DNA of 64,000 nucleotides from Limnochordia bacterium (GTDB lineage Bacteria > Bacillota > Limnochordia > DTU080). This document shows positions 41,161 to 53,435 of the stretch, in pieces. The position numbers and the translations under genes are program-made. The DNA is taken from positions 224,001-288,000 of the forward strand of contig JBMNJG010000012.1 of NCBI GenBank assembly GCA_050951545.1, given 5' to 3'. The notes under the pieces were generated by a model, which made no database searches, was not told where the DNA came from, and saw only the letters and a program-made list of their open reading frames with translations. The stretch's first letter is position 1. Each line of letters begins with the position of its first letter.

Positions 41161-41610
41161 TTACTGTGAGAGGCCGGCGTGAATGGTATAGCTCCAGTTC
41201 ATCCCGGAATTGTTGTCCCAGTTTCCGGCTCCATCATGAAAGCATAGCTCCAAACGACCTCCGCTGGCTGCTCGGATTGAGCAGGTCCATACGGCGGGTG
41301 ACGACTCCGTCATAGGAATGTCACGGACTTTCTGCCAAGCTCCGGGACCTACTCCAGTGTGCAGAAAGACATGACGCACTCCAGATTTGGCTAACGAACC
41401 CGCGTACCAAACTTGGACTTCCTCTCCGGCCGTAATCGGTGTAGGAGTAACAAGCACACCGTCGCCTTTGAACGCGCTCTCCCTTGGGGGAGCTACGGCG
41501 TCAATGACGGCCGCTTGCGTACCTCTGCCTAGGCTGCCCGCCTCAAAGTCCAGCGACTGACGAGTCCGGTTCGCAAGTGCTTTACGCACCGCATCAGCCA
41601 AACTTCTCAC
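41161..41610 (-). CDS. Stand-alone starch-binding module protein (CBM53/CBM25-like)
   Basis: GEEVQVWYAGSL, VFLHTG and LCFHDGAGNWDNNSGMNW motifs. Confidence 0.78.
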   Translation of the reverse strand: MRSLADAVRKALANRTRQSLDFEAGSLGRGTQAAVIDAVAPPRESAFKGDGVLVTPTPITAGEEVQVWYAGSLAKSGVRHVFLHTGVGPGAWQKVRDIPMTESSPAVWTCSIRAASGGRLELCFHDGAGNWDNNSGMNWSYTIHAGLSQ

Positions 41611-41783
41611 GCTTTCACCCCCTTGCGGTAGTAGGCTTCCAAGACAGACCTACTTTTAGCCCAGGCAAGGGAAGTACGTGGCGGCACGAGTACCCATTAA
41701 GCGTAGCCACGTCCAGTCAGATAGCATGGTTTATGAAAACATAAACACAAAAGCCCACCGAGTATGGCAGGCTCATTTGTGTT

Positions 41784-41859
41784 TGGTACCCCCACGGGGA
41801 TTCGAACCCCGGCCGCATGGCTGAGAACCATGTGTCCTAGGCCCCTAGACGATGGGGGC
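41784..41859 (-). tRNA. tRNA-Glu (CTC)
   Basis: GCCCCCATCGTCTAG...; anticodon arm CATGG-TTCTCAG-CCATG; CCA end. Confidence 0.95.
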
Positions 41860-41862
41860 ATA

Positions 41863-41936
41863 TGGCTGGGGGACCTGGATTCGAACCAGAACTAGTTGGT
41901 CCAGAGCCAACCGGGCTACCGTTACCCCATCCCCCA
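41863..41936 (-). tRNA. tRNA-Gln (CTG)
   Basis: TGGGGGA...; anticodon arm GTTGG-CTCTGGA-CCAAC; CCA end. Upstream TTGCAC..TGGTATAAT promoter. Confidence 0.95.
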
Positions 41937-41985
41937 GCAACGTATGTGATTATACCATGGCTTTCTCGAGCGTGCAAGCCCTTGC

Positions 41986-42762
41986 TTAGAATTCGGGTTT
42001 GCTTGCCGCGCACAGATGGCATTTCGCGGTCCCCAGTGTGCCCATTGCGTCTCGCAACAGCTTGCAGACTGATTCACCGCAGGCCTGCATCGACTGTACC
42101 ACTTGGTCGTGATCCAGAGGATCCAGTGTGAGTCCGGCCCCGAGGTTGGTGACTAATGCAATGGTAGCATAGCATAACCCAAGCTCCCGGGCCAGAACCA
42201 CTTCAGGGAGAGCAGTCATACCGACGATGGTGCCACCAAGCATTGCAAAGGCCGACACCTCTGCAGGCGTCTCATAGCGCGGACCGTTTGTGCATACATA
42301 ACAGCCCGTCTGATGAATACGATTGGGAAGGCTCTGCCCTGCCGTGAGTAGCGCCCGACGCAAGGTAGGACAGTAGGGCTGAGTCATGTCTGTATGTACA
42401 ACTCGGGCATCGTCTCCGTCGAAAAACGTGGAAGGACGACCTGATGTGAAGTCGATAAACGAATCGACGACAACCAGGTCGCCAGGTTGCATCTTCCTGA
42501 CAAGTCCACCAACAGCTGCAGTGGCCACGACGCCTTCTACGCCTAGGTGGTGGAGAGCCCACATATTGGCTCTGTAGTTGATGCGGTGGGGTGGCAGCGA
42601 ATGGCCAGTTCCGTGGCGAGCTAGGAAGAAGACGTCCTCCTTTGTCGGCTGGGCTTGTTGTAGCGCTACGCGTCCGTAGGGGGTCTCTACATGCAGTGGT
42701 TGCGTAGTGTCAAATAGCGCTTCGGGCCCCACGCCAGTACCTCCAATTACGGCGAGACGCAA
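41986..42762 (-). CDS. mtnP: S-methyl-5'-thioadenosine/thioinosine phosphorylase (MTAP family)
   Basis: IGGTG, LARHG..H..PPHRINYRAN, GPRYETPAE, VGMT..PE..LARE and VTN. TTG start at 42762. Confidence 0.88.
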   Translation of the reverse strand: MRLAVIGGTGVGPEALFDTTQPLHVETPYGRVALQQAQPTKEDVFFLARHGTGHSLPPHRINYRANMWALHHLGVEGVVATAAVGGLVRKMQPGDLVVVDSFIDFTSGRPSTFFDGDDARVVHTDMTQPYCPTLRRALLTAGQSLPNRIHQTGCYVCTNGPRYETPAEVSAFAMLGGTIVGMTALPEVVLARELGLCYATIALVTNLGAGLTLDPLDHDQVVQSMQACGESVCKLLRDAMGTLGTAKCHLCAASKPEF

Positions 42763-42931
42763 AGCAGCCACCCCTCCCTTGGAAATCCTTCTACGCTGGG
42801 CATCGACATGAGCGCCCCTCATTTTCATTGCTCGTGGCGGGCCGCGGCCCGTAGAGTCGGGCGCCCATGCGCGGCTCCCTAGGAAATCGTGTTATGCTGT
42901 GCGGGCATGTCGAACCTTGCGCGTGTGTCGA

Positions 42932-43144
42932 CTACATGACAATGGAGTAGTAGGCACTGATCTCATTGTCCGGTGCGACATTCAGTCGCTGGCGAAGCTC
43001 GCCAACTGTTGTGGGGGTTACCTGCTCCAAATCAGGATCAACTGCCCGTCTGCAGACAGCCAGACTAGCATATGAGCTTCGGTTTCGCTCCACAAAGTCT
43101 AAGATCGCTGTAATCTCTTTCGTTCGCTGAGCCAAGGCTTTCAC
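42932..43144 (-). CDS. Small hypothetical protein (70 aa)
   Basis: GTG start; helical-looking sequence ending EISAYYSIVM; co-oriented with its neighbours. Confidence 0.55.
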   Translation of the reverse strand: MKALAQRTKEITAILDFVERNRSSYASLAVCRRAVDPDLEQVTPTTVGELRQRLNVAPDNEISAYYSIVM

Positions 43145-43158
43145 CCCTTTGGGCGTTG

Positions 43159-43213
43159 GTAGGCATGTCGGCGGCCTCTGGCTCTGTGTTTAGTTGGCCG
43201 TCAACATGCGTAC
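43159..43213 (-). repeat. Copy E of the dispersed intergenic hairpin repeat
   Basis: GTAGGCATGTCGGCGGCC...AGTTGGCCGTCAACATGCGTAC is an 18-bp imperfect inverted repeat whose right arm matches copy B (AGTTGGCCGCCGACACGCGTAC). Confidence 0.65.
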
Positions 43214-43420
43214 CTAGCATGCGCTGCTTCGCGCGGGCTCTATGCGAACACCATCGACGAGATCCGCAACGTCCTGCGGCGTCGCCAGCCTGTCTCCCAG
43301 TTCACGTACTGCCGCGGTTCCTGCAGCAGTGGCTCATGCAACAGTCTCCTCAAATGGCCATCGCTGCAACATCTCGATGAGGTAGGTGGCGAGCATGGCA
43401 TCCCCCGCTACCCAATTCCC

Positions 43421-44494
43421 TTAGCTCTGCAGCTTGGCTATAATAGCGTCCGCCATCTCTTGTGTACCGACAGCACTGGGGTCGTTGCGGTCTTCCTTCA
43501 GATCGTAGGTGACAGCACGACCTTCGGCCAATACTGCTTTGACCGCCTGTTTCAGGCGCTGTGCAGCCTCTACCTCGCCCAGATGCTCGAGCATCATCAT
43601 TCCTGAGAGAATCAAGGCACATGGGTTTACCTTGTTTAGACCTTTGTATTTCGGCGCTGAGCCATGTGTTGGCTCAAATACGGCCACTCCATCCCCTATG
43701 TTCGCACCGGGAGCCACTCCAAGGCCCCCCACAAGCCCAGCGCATAGGTCTGACACAATGTCGCCGTAGAGATTGGGCATTACCAACACGTCGTACATCT
43801 CAGGGCGCTGAACGAGACGCATGCAGATGGCGTCGACGAGACATTCATCATAGGCAATACGTCCTTCGTACTCTTTGGCTACTTCTCGTGCGACCTCGTA
43901 GAACAAGCCATCAGTGAGCTTCATGATGTTGGCCTTAGCGACAGCCGTCACCCGCTGCCTGTTATGGGTCACGGCGTACTCAAACGCATACTTCACGATG
44001 CGGCGAGTGGCCTCTGTCGATGTCGATTTTACTGAGATGGCAGAGCCACTGCGAATCTTGTGGGGTGCCCAGCTCTGAATGGTCTTGCCCTCATCACTAT
44101 CGCCTGCAAACTCTACGCCGGCATAGAGGTCCTCAGTGTTCTCGCGGACAATCACGATGTCCACATCTGAGTAGCGAGAACGCACGCCCGGATAGTAAGC
44201 ACAGGGCCGAACACAGGCGTACAGCCCGAGTTCATGTCGCAGAGCGACATTGACGCTACGAAAGCCAGTACCGATCGGCGTGGTGATAGGCCCCTTCAGA
44301 GCGATTTTGTTGCGACGAACCGACTCCAACACGTTGGCCGGTAACGGGGTGCCGTGGGTCTCAGCGATCTCGGCACCCGCATGATGTACTTCCCAGTCAA
44401 ACTCTACGTTGGTCGCCTCAAGCACGCGCGTAGCCGCTGCTGTCAGCTCGGGACCAACACCATCACCAGGAATCAGAGTGATCTTATGTACCAC
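43421..44494 (-). CDS. Isocitrate/isopropylmalate dehydrogenase family (probably NAD-dependent isocitrate dehydrogenase)
   Basis: [43 protein letters not shown] and FEPTHGSAP motifs. Confidence 0.9.
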   Translation of the reverse strand: MVHKITLIPGDGVGPELTAAATRVLEATNVEFDWEVHHAGAEIAETHGTPLPANVLESVRRNKIALKGPITTPIGTGFRSVNVALRHELGLYACVRPCAYYPGVRSRYSDVDIVIVRENTEDLYAGVEFAGDSDEGKTIQSWAPHKIRSGSAISVKSTSTEATRRIVKYAFEYAVTHNRQRVTAVAKANIMKLTDGLFYEVAREVAKEYEGRIAYDECLVDAICMRLVQRPEMYDVLVMPNLYGDIVSDLCAGLVGGLGVAPGANIGDGVAVFEPTHGSAPKYKGLNKVNPCALILSGMMMLEHLGEVEAAQRLKQAVKAVLAEGRAVTYDLKEDRNDPSAVGTQEMADAIIAKLQS

Positions 44495-44513
44495 ATTTTC
44501 CCCTCCAGGCTTG

Positions 44514-47299
<2,786 letters not shown>

Positions 47300-47303
<4 letters not shown>

Positions 47304-48055
47304 TTTGAGGCCTCCTCCCGGATCCAGTCGTATCCTCTTTCCTCAAGCTCATCCGCGAGTTCGCGTCCACCTGAGCGTACGATTCGACCATCCATGAGAA
47401 CATGCACGAAATCGGGCCTCAGGTATTCCAGGATACGTTGGTAGTGGGTAATGACGATAACGCCCAGTTCCGGACTGAGTAGCTGGTTCACCCCATTGGA
47501 GACGACTCTCAGGGCATCGATATCTAATCCTGAGTCTGTCTCGTCAAGAATGGCGATCTTTGGTTCGAGCATAGCCATCTGCAGTACTTCATTGCGTTTT
47601 TTCTCGCCACCTGAAAAGCCTTCATTAAGGTAGCGGCTAGCAAAGGCAGCATCCATCTCCAACATGGCCATCTTCTCGCGTAGTTTTCTGGTAAACTGCA
47701 TCAGAGACAGCTCCTGCCCTTGAGCACGGCGAGCGTTGACTGCTGCTCGCAAAAAGTTGGCTACGCTAACTCCCGGAACCTCACTAGGGTACTGAAAGGC
47801 CAGGAAAAGACCAGCTTTGGAGCGTTCATCAGGCGCAAGGCCCAGGATGTCTTGGCCATTGAGCAGAACCGACCCGCCCGTTACCTCATAGCGTGGGTGG
47901 CCCATCAGTGTGAAAGCGAGGGTGCTTTTACCCGAGCCATTTGGTCCCATGATGGCATGAACTTCACCGCCGTGTACACTCAGCGAGAGCCCTTTGAGGA
48001 TGGGTGTTTTCTCGACGCTTACTTGTAGATTGGATATGTCCAAATGTGTACTCAC
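47300..48055 (-). CDS. sufC: Fe-S cluster assembly ATPase SufC
   Basis: [36 protein letters not shown] and ITHYQR. Probable GTG start at 48055. Confidence 0.96.
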
Positions 48056-48106
48056 GAATGCCGCCTCATTTCTCACAATTCAGGAGACCACCCCTACATC
48101 CAGCCA

Positions 48107-49420
48107 CTAGGTCGCTTGCATTATAGCAGAAGCACTGTCGGTGTCACAAGCAAGCATAGACAACTCGCCAACCAAGTCAGCGATGAACTGCTGCGCAGTG
48201 CGCGGAGAGGCACTATTTTCTTGTAGTGTCCAGGCCATGGCTCGGCGCCGTAGCTCTTGCGATGGAAGCGTAAGGCCTGCCTTTGCAGCCAGGGCCTCGA
48301 CAATCACCAGATACTCCTGTGGGTTCGGCGCACTGAAGACAACCGTACGGCCGAATCTATCGGCCAGAGCCAGCTTCTCTTCCATGGCATCCGCTGCACG
48401 AATCTCAGCCTCTCCTCTATCTCCGAAAAACTCAGCCACGAAATGCCGTCGGTTTGATGTTGCATAGATGATAACGTTCTGCGGAATGGTCGTCACAGCA
48501 CCTTCTACGATGGCCTTGAGCTGGCTAAAGGATGCTTCTCCTTCCTGGAACGAAAGATCATCAGCGAATAACACAAAGCGTTGGGTTCGTGGGCGCAATA
48601 GCTCAAGAAGTTGAGGCAGAGTGCCTAACTCATCTCTGGCAATTTGCACCAAACGCAGGCCATAGGGAGCATAATGCGCCGCGACGGCTTTTACGGTGGC
48701 TGATTTCCCCGTCCCCCTGTCTCCGTAGAGCAAGAGGTTATGCGCTGGCAGACCGCGCAGGAATCTGCGCGTGTTTTCGAGCACGGTGTTTCGCTGCATC
48801 TCATACCCGAAAAGATCCGAAAGGCGCACTGAGTCTGGGAAAGACACACCCGTCAGGCTATTTCCCGTGAAAAGAAGCACAGGGAAGCGTGCGGTCATGC
48901 CACACCCGTACTGATTTACGAGTCGTGTCAGTTCATCGAGCTGGTCCGCCCAGTGCTTCGTAGACGCAAGCCACTCAGCTATTGGATCGGGCGTTGATTC
49001 GCCAGACGACTCACCGCAGTTAGGTAGATGAACTCCGGTTTCCTGATGCAAATAACGGGCTATAACGGTCGTATTACAGTCGAACACCGCTTCAAGGCAG
49101 CGTAGATCATGTCTCACGATTCGTGGCAGAGCACCGGGAAGCCTATTACTGGTTTCTGCGGAGCGGGTGAACGCATTCTCACTCATAGACATGGCTTTCG
49201 CTAGATAGCACTGCCACAAATCACTGCCGCGTAGCTGCGGGAGTTCAGAGCGCTGGTCACATAGCTCGGCCACTAGTTTGCAGTAGGCAGGTATTCCTTC
49301 GCCAGTAAGCCCTTTGCTAGTAGCGCTACGCCACAGACGCACTACTTTGTCACAAAGAAGCTCTCGAAAAAGAATCAAGGCATCAGCTGCCTTGACCGCC
49401 TTGGGCACTTGTTCGCCCAC
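48107..49420 (-). CDS. DUF815-family AAA+ ATPase
   Basis: LLYGDRGTGKSATVKA, FADDLSF, YATSNRRH and EKLALADRFG motifs. Confidence 0.88.
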   Translation of the reverse strand: MGEQVPKAVKAADALILFRELLCDKVVRLWRSATSKGLTGEGIPAYCKLVAELCDQRSELPQLRGSDLWQCYLAKAMSMSENAFTRSAETSNRLPGALPRIVRHDLRCLEAVFDCNTTVIARYLHQETGVHLPNCGESSGESTPDPIAEWLASTKHWADQLDELTRLVNQYGCGMTARFPVLLFTGNSLTGVSFPDSVRLSDLFGYEMQRNTVLENTRRFLRGLPAHNLLLYGDRGTGKSATVKAVAAHYAPYGLRLVQIARDELGTLPQLLELLRPRTQRFVLFADDLSFQEGEASFSQLKAIVEGAVTTIPQNVIIYATSNRRHFVAEFFGDRGEAEIRAADAMEEKLALADRFGRTVVFSAPNPQEYLVIVEALAAKAGLTLPSQELRRRAMAWTLQENSASPRTAQQFIADLVGELSMLACDTDSASAIMQAT

Positions 49421-49543
49421 ATCATTCACCTCGCAGCGTTCATCGAAATGGGCTTTGACACAGGGCCACAAACTCCTGCCTAAGAAGTGCCTGGAAGTGG
49501 TAAGCGCACCTCTAGCTGCACGAAAGGCATGCAGAATCTGGCT

Positions 49544-49572
49544 GTATCTGGGCTCGTATTGGTGGCATTCTA
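49544..49572 (+). promoter_or_regulatory. Sigma-G-like forespore promoter of the SASP gene
   Basis: GTATC-N17-CATTCTA resembles the B. subtilis sigma-G consensus (GHATR...CATWHTA) and lies directly upstream of a SASP gene. Confidence 0.55.
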
Positions 49573-49595
49573 AGCGTGCAGGAGGTGAAAACGTA

Positions 49596-49910
49596 ATGGC
49601 TGCAGGTCAGAAGAGAAACGTCGCCTTAGTTCCCGGTGCATATCAGGCTCTTGAACAATTCAAGCAGGAAGTGGCCTCTGAGCTAGGTATTCAGAATTAC
49701 CAGGGATACCTGGGCGATATCCCCTCCCGGATAAACGGAGCGGTGGGTGGCCATATGGTCCGGCGCATGATCGCCGCGGCTGAGCAATCACTGATCGATC
49801 AAGCTACTACAGCAGTACGCACAGGCTTCCAAGCTGGTCTTACCAGCAGCGGTAGCGTTCCTAGTCCATCCACAGTTAGTGAGCAGGGGCTTCAGCCTGG
49901 CAAAGTATAA
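49596..49910 (+). CDS. Alpha/beta-type small acid-soluble spore protein with a C-terminal extension
   Basis: LVPGAYQALEQFKQEVASELGI...SRINGAVGGHMVRRMIAAAEQ; GGAGG RBS; ATG at 49596. Confidence 0.9.
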   Translation: MAAGQKRNVALVPGAYQALEQFKQEVASELGIQNYQGYLGDIPSRINGAVGGHMVRRMIAAAEQSLIDQATTAVRTGFQAGLTSSGSVPSPSTVSEQGLQPGKV

Positions 49911-49925
49911 GCAAAGCTGAAGAGG

Positions 49926-51335
49926 TTACTTAGCGGGGGTGCTAGAACCCCCGCTTCTGGTTGACTCCAACAGCGCTACACATTCAATGTGGGCAGTATG
50001 TGGGAACATGTCGAGCGGTTGAACCTGCACTAGACGGTAGCCACATCCCTGCAAGAGCTTGATATCGCGGGCCAGGGTTACTGGATTGCACGAGATGTAG
50101 ACCCAGCGCTCAGCCTCCACATCCGCCATGTGCTTCAGGAATGTGCTGTCAAGTCCTGCCCTTGGTGGGTCCACTATGATGACGTCAGGGATTCCTCGCT
50201 TCTGAGTCAACTGCCAGGCTATCTCTTCTACGCGACCAGCGTAAAACCAAGCGTTATCAAGCCCATTGATACGGGCATTTTTCTGGGCATCTTCAATTGC
50301 CTCTTGGACTATGTCAATGCCCCAGACCTCTGCAGCACCCGCTTTTGCTAAGACGAGCGAAACCCCACCCGTACCACAGTACGCATCCAGAAGCTTTGAT
50401 CGCGGATGCACCTGAACGTATTCGAGGGCCACGGAATAGAGCGTTTGGGCCTGCAATGGATTTACCTGGAAAAACGATGGCGCTGAGACACGAAACTCCA
50501 GGAGCATTCCGCTAACGCTTAGCGTTTCGCGTAGGTAGTCTCTCCCCCACAACAAGACATTGTGCCTTCCCAGAATGCGATTGCCTCTTTGGTCATTCAC
50601 GTTCAAAGTCACACCCACAAGCGACGGTAGGTCATTGTGCAGGGCCGTGACAAGATCATGCTGGTGTTTGAAGCTTGCCTGCGCCATGACCAGTGTGACA
50701 AGCAGCTCATCATAAGAGAAACTAGCTCGCGCCAGGACGTGCCGCAAGGTTCCGCTGCCATCTGATTCGTCATAAGGAGCGATTGGCAGTGCCCGCAAGT
50801 GCTCAAGCATAGAGGTCGCTGCTGCGCAAATCGCTGGATGCTGGACAAGGCACTTCTCTGCCGGGACAAGTCGATGAGAGTACTGCTCGAAGAACCCGAG
50901 ACTAGGATGACCCGCTACCATCTGCACGGGAAACTGCGCCTTGTTCCGATACTCCCACCGGGAGGGCGCAGCTATGATGGGCAGGACCACGGGTTTGGTG
51001 ATACCTCCGAGACGCTGCAGAACTCGGGCAACGCGTTCTTCCTTCCACTCTAGCTGAGCCTCATAGGACAGATGCTGAAGCTGGCAACCGCCACAACGCG
51101 GAAACACAGGACAAGGAGAGCTTGTGCGCTCCGGCGAAGCGGAAAGCAGCTTCACAAGATGAGCTCTTTGGTAGCGCTTATGAGACTCGAACGGTTGGGC
51201 CATAACTGTATCGCCGGGCAGCGCTCCCCGAATGAACACGGTTTGCCCCTGGAAGCGCCCTACCCCTTCGCCTCTATGACCTAGATCGTGAATGGGCACT
51301 TCTATTAGCCCTTCGTGCCCCCGTTGGTGTCGCAT
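49926..51335 (-). CDS. rlmD: 23S rRNA (uracil-C5)-methyltransferase RlmD family
   Basis: TRAM domain, CPVFPRCGGCQLQH, SFFQVN, DAYCGTG, VDPPRAG, YISCNP and DMFPHT.HIE motifs. Confidence 0.93.
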   Translation of the reverse strand: MRHQRGHEGLIEVPIHDLGHRGEGVGRFQGQTVFIRGALPGDTVMAQPFESHKRYQRAHLVKLLSASPERTSSPCPVFPRCGGCQLQHLSYEAQLEWKEERVARVLQRLGGITKPVVLPIIAAPSRWEYRNKAQFPVQMVAGHPSLGFFEQYSHRLVPAEKCLVQHPAICAAATSMLEHLRALPIAPYDESDGSGTLRHVLARASFSYDELLVTLVMAQASFKHQHDLVTALHNDLPSLVGVTLNVNDQRGNRILGRHNVLLWGRDYLRETLSVSGMLLEFRVSAPSFFQVNPLQAQTLYSVALEYVQVHPRSKLLDAYCGTGGVSLVLAKAGAAEVWGIDIVQEAIEDAQKNARINGLDNAWFYAGRVEEIAWQLTQKRGIPDVIIVDPPRAGLDSTFLKHMADVEAERWVYISCNPVTLARDIKLLQGCGYRLVQVQPLDMFPHTAHIECVALLESTRSGGSSTPAK

Positions 51336-51358
51336 ACTAGTATCGGATCCCCAGCCTC

Positions 51359-52330
51359 TTAAACGAATTTCTCCGGATGGCCCATCAAGGTGGCCAGAAC
51401 TGCATTCTGGGCATGCAAGCGGTTCTCAGCCTGATCGAAGATGACGCTTTGTGGGCCCTCAAAGACCTCCTCCGTGATCTCTTCACCTCGATGCGCGGGT
51501 AGACAGTGCATTACGATGCAGTTGTCGGCTGCCGCCCGTAGCATGGTGCTATTGATCTGGTACTTCGCAAACGCGTCCGCTCGCATCGCCTGCTCGTCCT
51601 CTTGGCCCATGCTGGCCCAAACATCAGTATAGAGCACATCCGCTCTGTCTGCAGCCATCTTCGGGTCATGCACGATCTCCACGCGGCTTTGCCCGCAGGC
51701 ATCTTCGCGCGCTTGCGCAAGATAAGTCGCACTAGGCTCGTAGCCAGGTGGACAGCAGATCGTAACGTGCATGCCTGTTTTGGCCCCGGCAAACATCAAT
51801 GACGTCGCCATGTTGTTACCATCGCCCACGTAGGTCATTTTCAGTCCTGCCAAACGCCCTTTGTGCTCCTGAATGGTCAGCAGATCCGCTAAGGCTTGGC
51901 ATGGATGCAAATCATCTGTGAGGCCGTTGATGACTGGTACCGCTGCATATGCAGCGAGGTCTATGACGTCTTGGTGGGCGTACGTACGGATCATGATTCC
52001 ATCTACATAGCGCGACAGAACCCGTCCTGTATCGCCTATCGGCTCGCCGCGTCCAATCTGTGTATCAGTACTCACAAGGACGGTCGCGTCTCCGCCAAGT
52101 CGACGTATTCCGATCTCAAACGAGACACGGGTTCGCGTTGAGGCTTTCGTGAAAATCATGGCGAGTTGCTTGCCCTGCAGAATCGGCACAAGTCCTCGCT
52201 CTTTGAGCAGCACTGCCAGCGTAAGCAGGTCCGATATCTCCATTGGCGTAAAGTCATGCAGGCTGAGAAAATCCCTTCCATGCATCGCAGCCAGCGAAGC
52301 TTTCTGCTCTGCTGTGAGGCTTAACAACAA
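51359..52330 (-). CDS. argF: Ornithine carbamoyltransferase
   Basis: STRTRVSFE, HPCQALAD, DVWASMG, HCLPAHRG and AENRLH motifs. Confidence 0.96.
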   Translation of the reverse strand: MLLSLTAEQKASLAAMHGRDFLSLHDFTPMEISDLLTLAVLLKERGLVPILQGKQLAMIFTKASTRTRVSFEIGIRRLGGDATVLVSTDTQIGRGEPIGDTGRVLSRYVDGIMIRTYAHQDVIDLAAYAAVPVINGLTDDLHPCQALADLLTIQEHKGRLAGLKMTYVGDGNNMATSLMFAGAKTGMHVTICCPPGYEPSATYLAQAREDACGQSRVEIVHDPKMAADRADVLYTDVWASMGQEDEQAMRADAFAKYQINSTMLRAAADNCIVMHCLPAHRGEEITEEVFEGPQSVIFDQAENRLHAQNAVLATLMGHPEKFV

Positions 52331-52453
52331 TCATACCACGTCCTTTGTTTGTCATGCTCTACAGTGGCCTAGCGTTGCGCCCATGGCAGCTTTAGAGAAC
52401 TTGAAGGCGGCTAGAACCACCGCCTTCGGTCACATCGAAAGGCTGACTTTGCC

Positions 52454-53275
52454 TCAGAATGCCTGACGCTTCTCGCGATTCTGGAATCGGATCTGATCGG
52501 CCAGCTCAGCGATCATCGCCGAGTTAGTAGGTATCTTTCCGTACCCGACGCCATTGCGCCCTGTCATGGTGGCAAACAGCTCACGGTTTCCTCGCTCCCA
52601 CCAGGCAGTGAGCGCGTTGCGAATGGCTGCCTCGACGCCTCCTGGAGATGACTGGTATTTTTCAGCGACCATCGGGTATAGCCTTTTGGTAAGCCCTCCT
52701 GCCAGCAGGCGGTCATCCTCTAACGCCATCTGCACAGCATCTCGTAGATACAGGTACCCTTTCATGTGTGCTGGTACGCCCAACTTGTGTAGCAGCTCGG
52801 TCACCTGCAGATCCGAAGGCGCAGAGCGAGGCCGCACTGGACCACGGACGCCGCCGGACGCACTGATAGCTGTCTGCTCTGCCACATGAGATGGCTGAGG
52901 GCAGAACTCGCGAATGCGTTCGGCCAAGACCTCAAGATCAATGGGTTTGACCACATAATAGTCCGCACCCAAATTCGTGAGACGGTGCATGATGTCCTCC
53001 CGCCCCAACGCACTTAGCACAATAATGCGTGGGGGCGGTTGGAGATCGAGCTCACGCATGCGCTGTAATACAGCAATGCCGTCGAGGCGGGGCATGGCGA
53101 CATCGAGTATGACTACATCGACAGGGAGCTTACTAAGCGCTTCTAGGGCAGCTTCGCCGTCCATGGCTGTCGCTACCACGGTCATGTCACCCTGTAATTC
53201 GATAAACTCTGTCAGCATCTCGCATAGTTCCATATTGTTGTCGGCAATTAGAATTCGGGTTCTGTCCGCACCCAT
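52454..53275 (-). CDS. Spo0A-family response regulator (divergent, probably a paralogue)
   Basis: Receiver domain (ILDVAMP, VVKP) plus Spo0A_C domain (LGVPAHMKGYLYLRDA, LTKRLYP, KIPTNS). The recognition helix is divergent. Confidence 0.88.
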   Translation of the reverse strand: MGADRTRILIADNNMELCEMLTEFIELQGDMTVVATAMDGEAALEALSKLPVDVVILDVAMPRLDGIAVLQRMRELDLQPPPRIIVLSALGREDIMHRLTNLGADYYVVKPIDLEVLAERIREFCPQPSHVAEQTAISASGGVRGPVRPRSAPSDLQVTELLHKLGVPAHMKGYLYLRDAVQMALEDDRLLAGGLTKRLYPMVAEKYQSSPGGVEAAIRNALTAWWERGNRELFATMTGRNGVGYGKIPTNSAMIAELADQIRFQNREKRQAF

Positions 53276-53435
53276 ACTATCTCTCCTCCTAAGATCTCCG
53301 CACAGAGTGCGTCAGCCACTTTTTCCGCCATTAGGCGCGGACTCCTTTTTTTTGGGCGCAAATTGTGCCAGTTTTCTGCGTGTGCTGTGACACGTACACT
53401 TGTCAACATGACAGGTCACTTATCCAGATACTTGA

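Noticed and set aside
53355-53372. Sigma-54-like TGGCAC...TTGC upstream of the spo0A homologue
   Set aside because: TTGC lies at GG-N8-GC rather than the required GG-N10-GC spacing.
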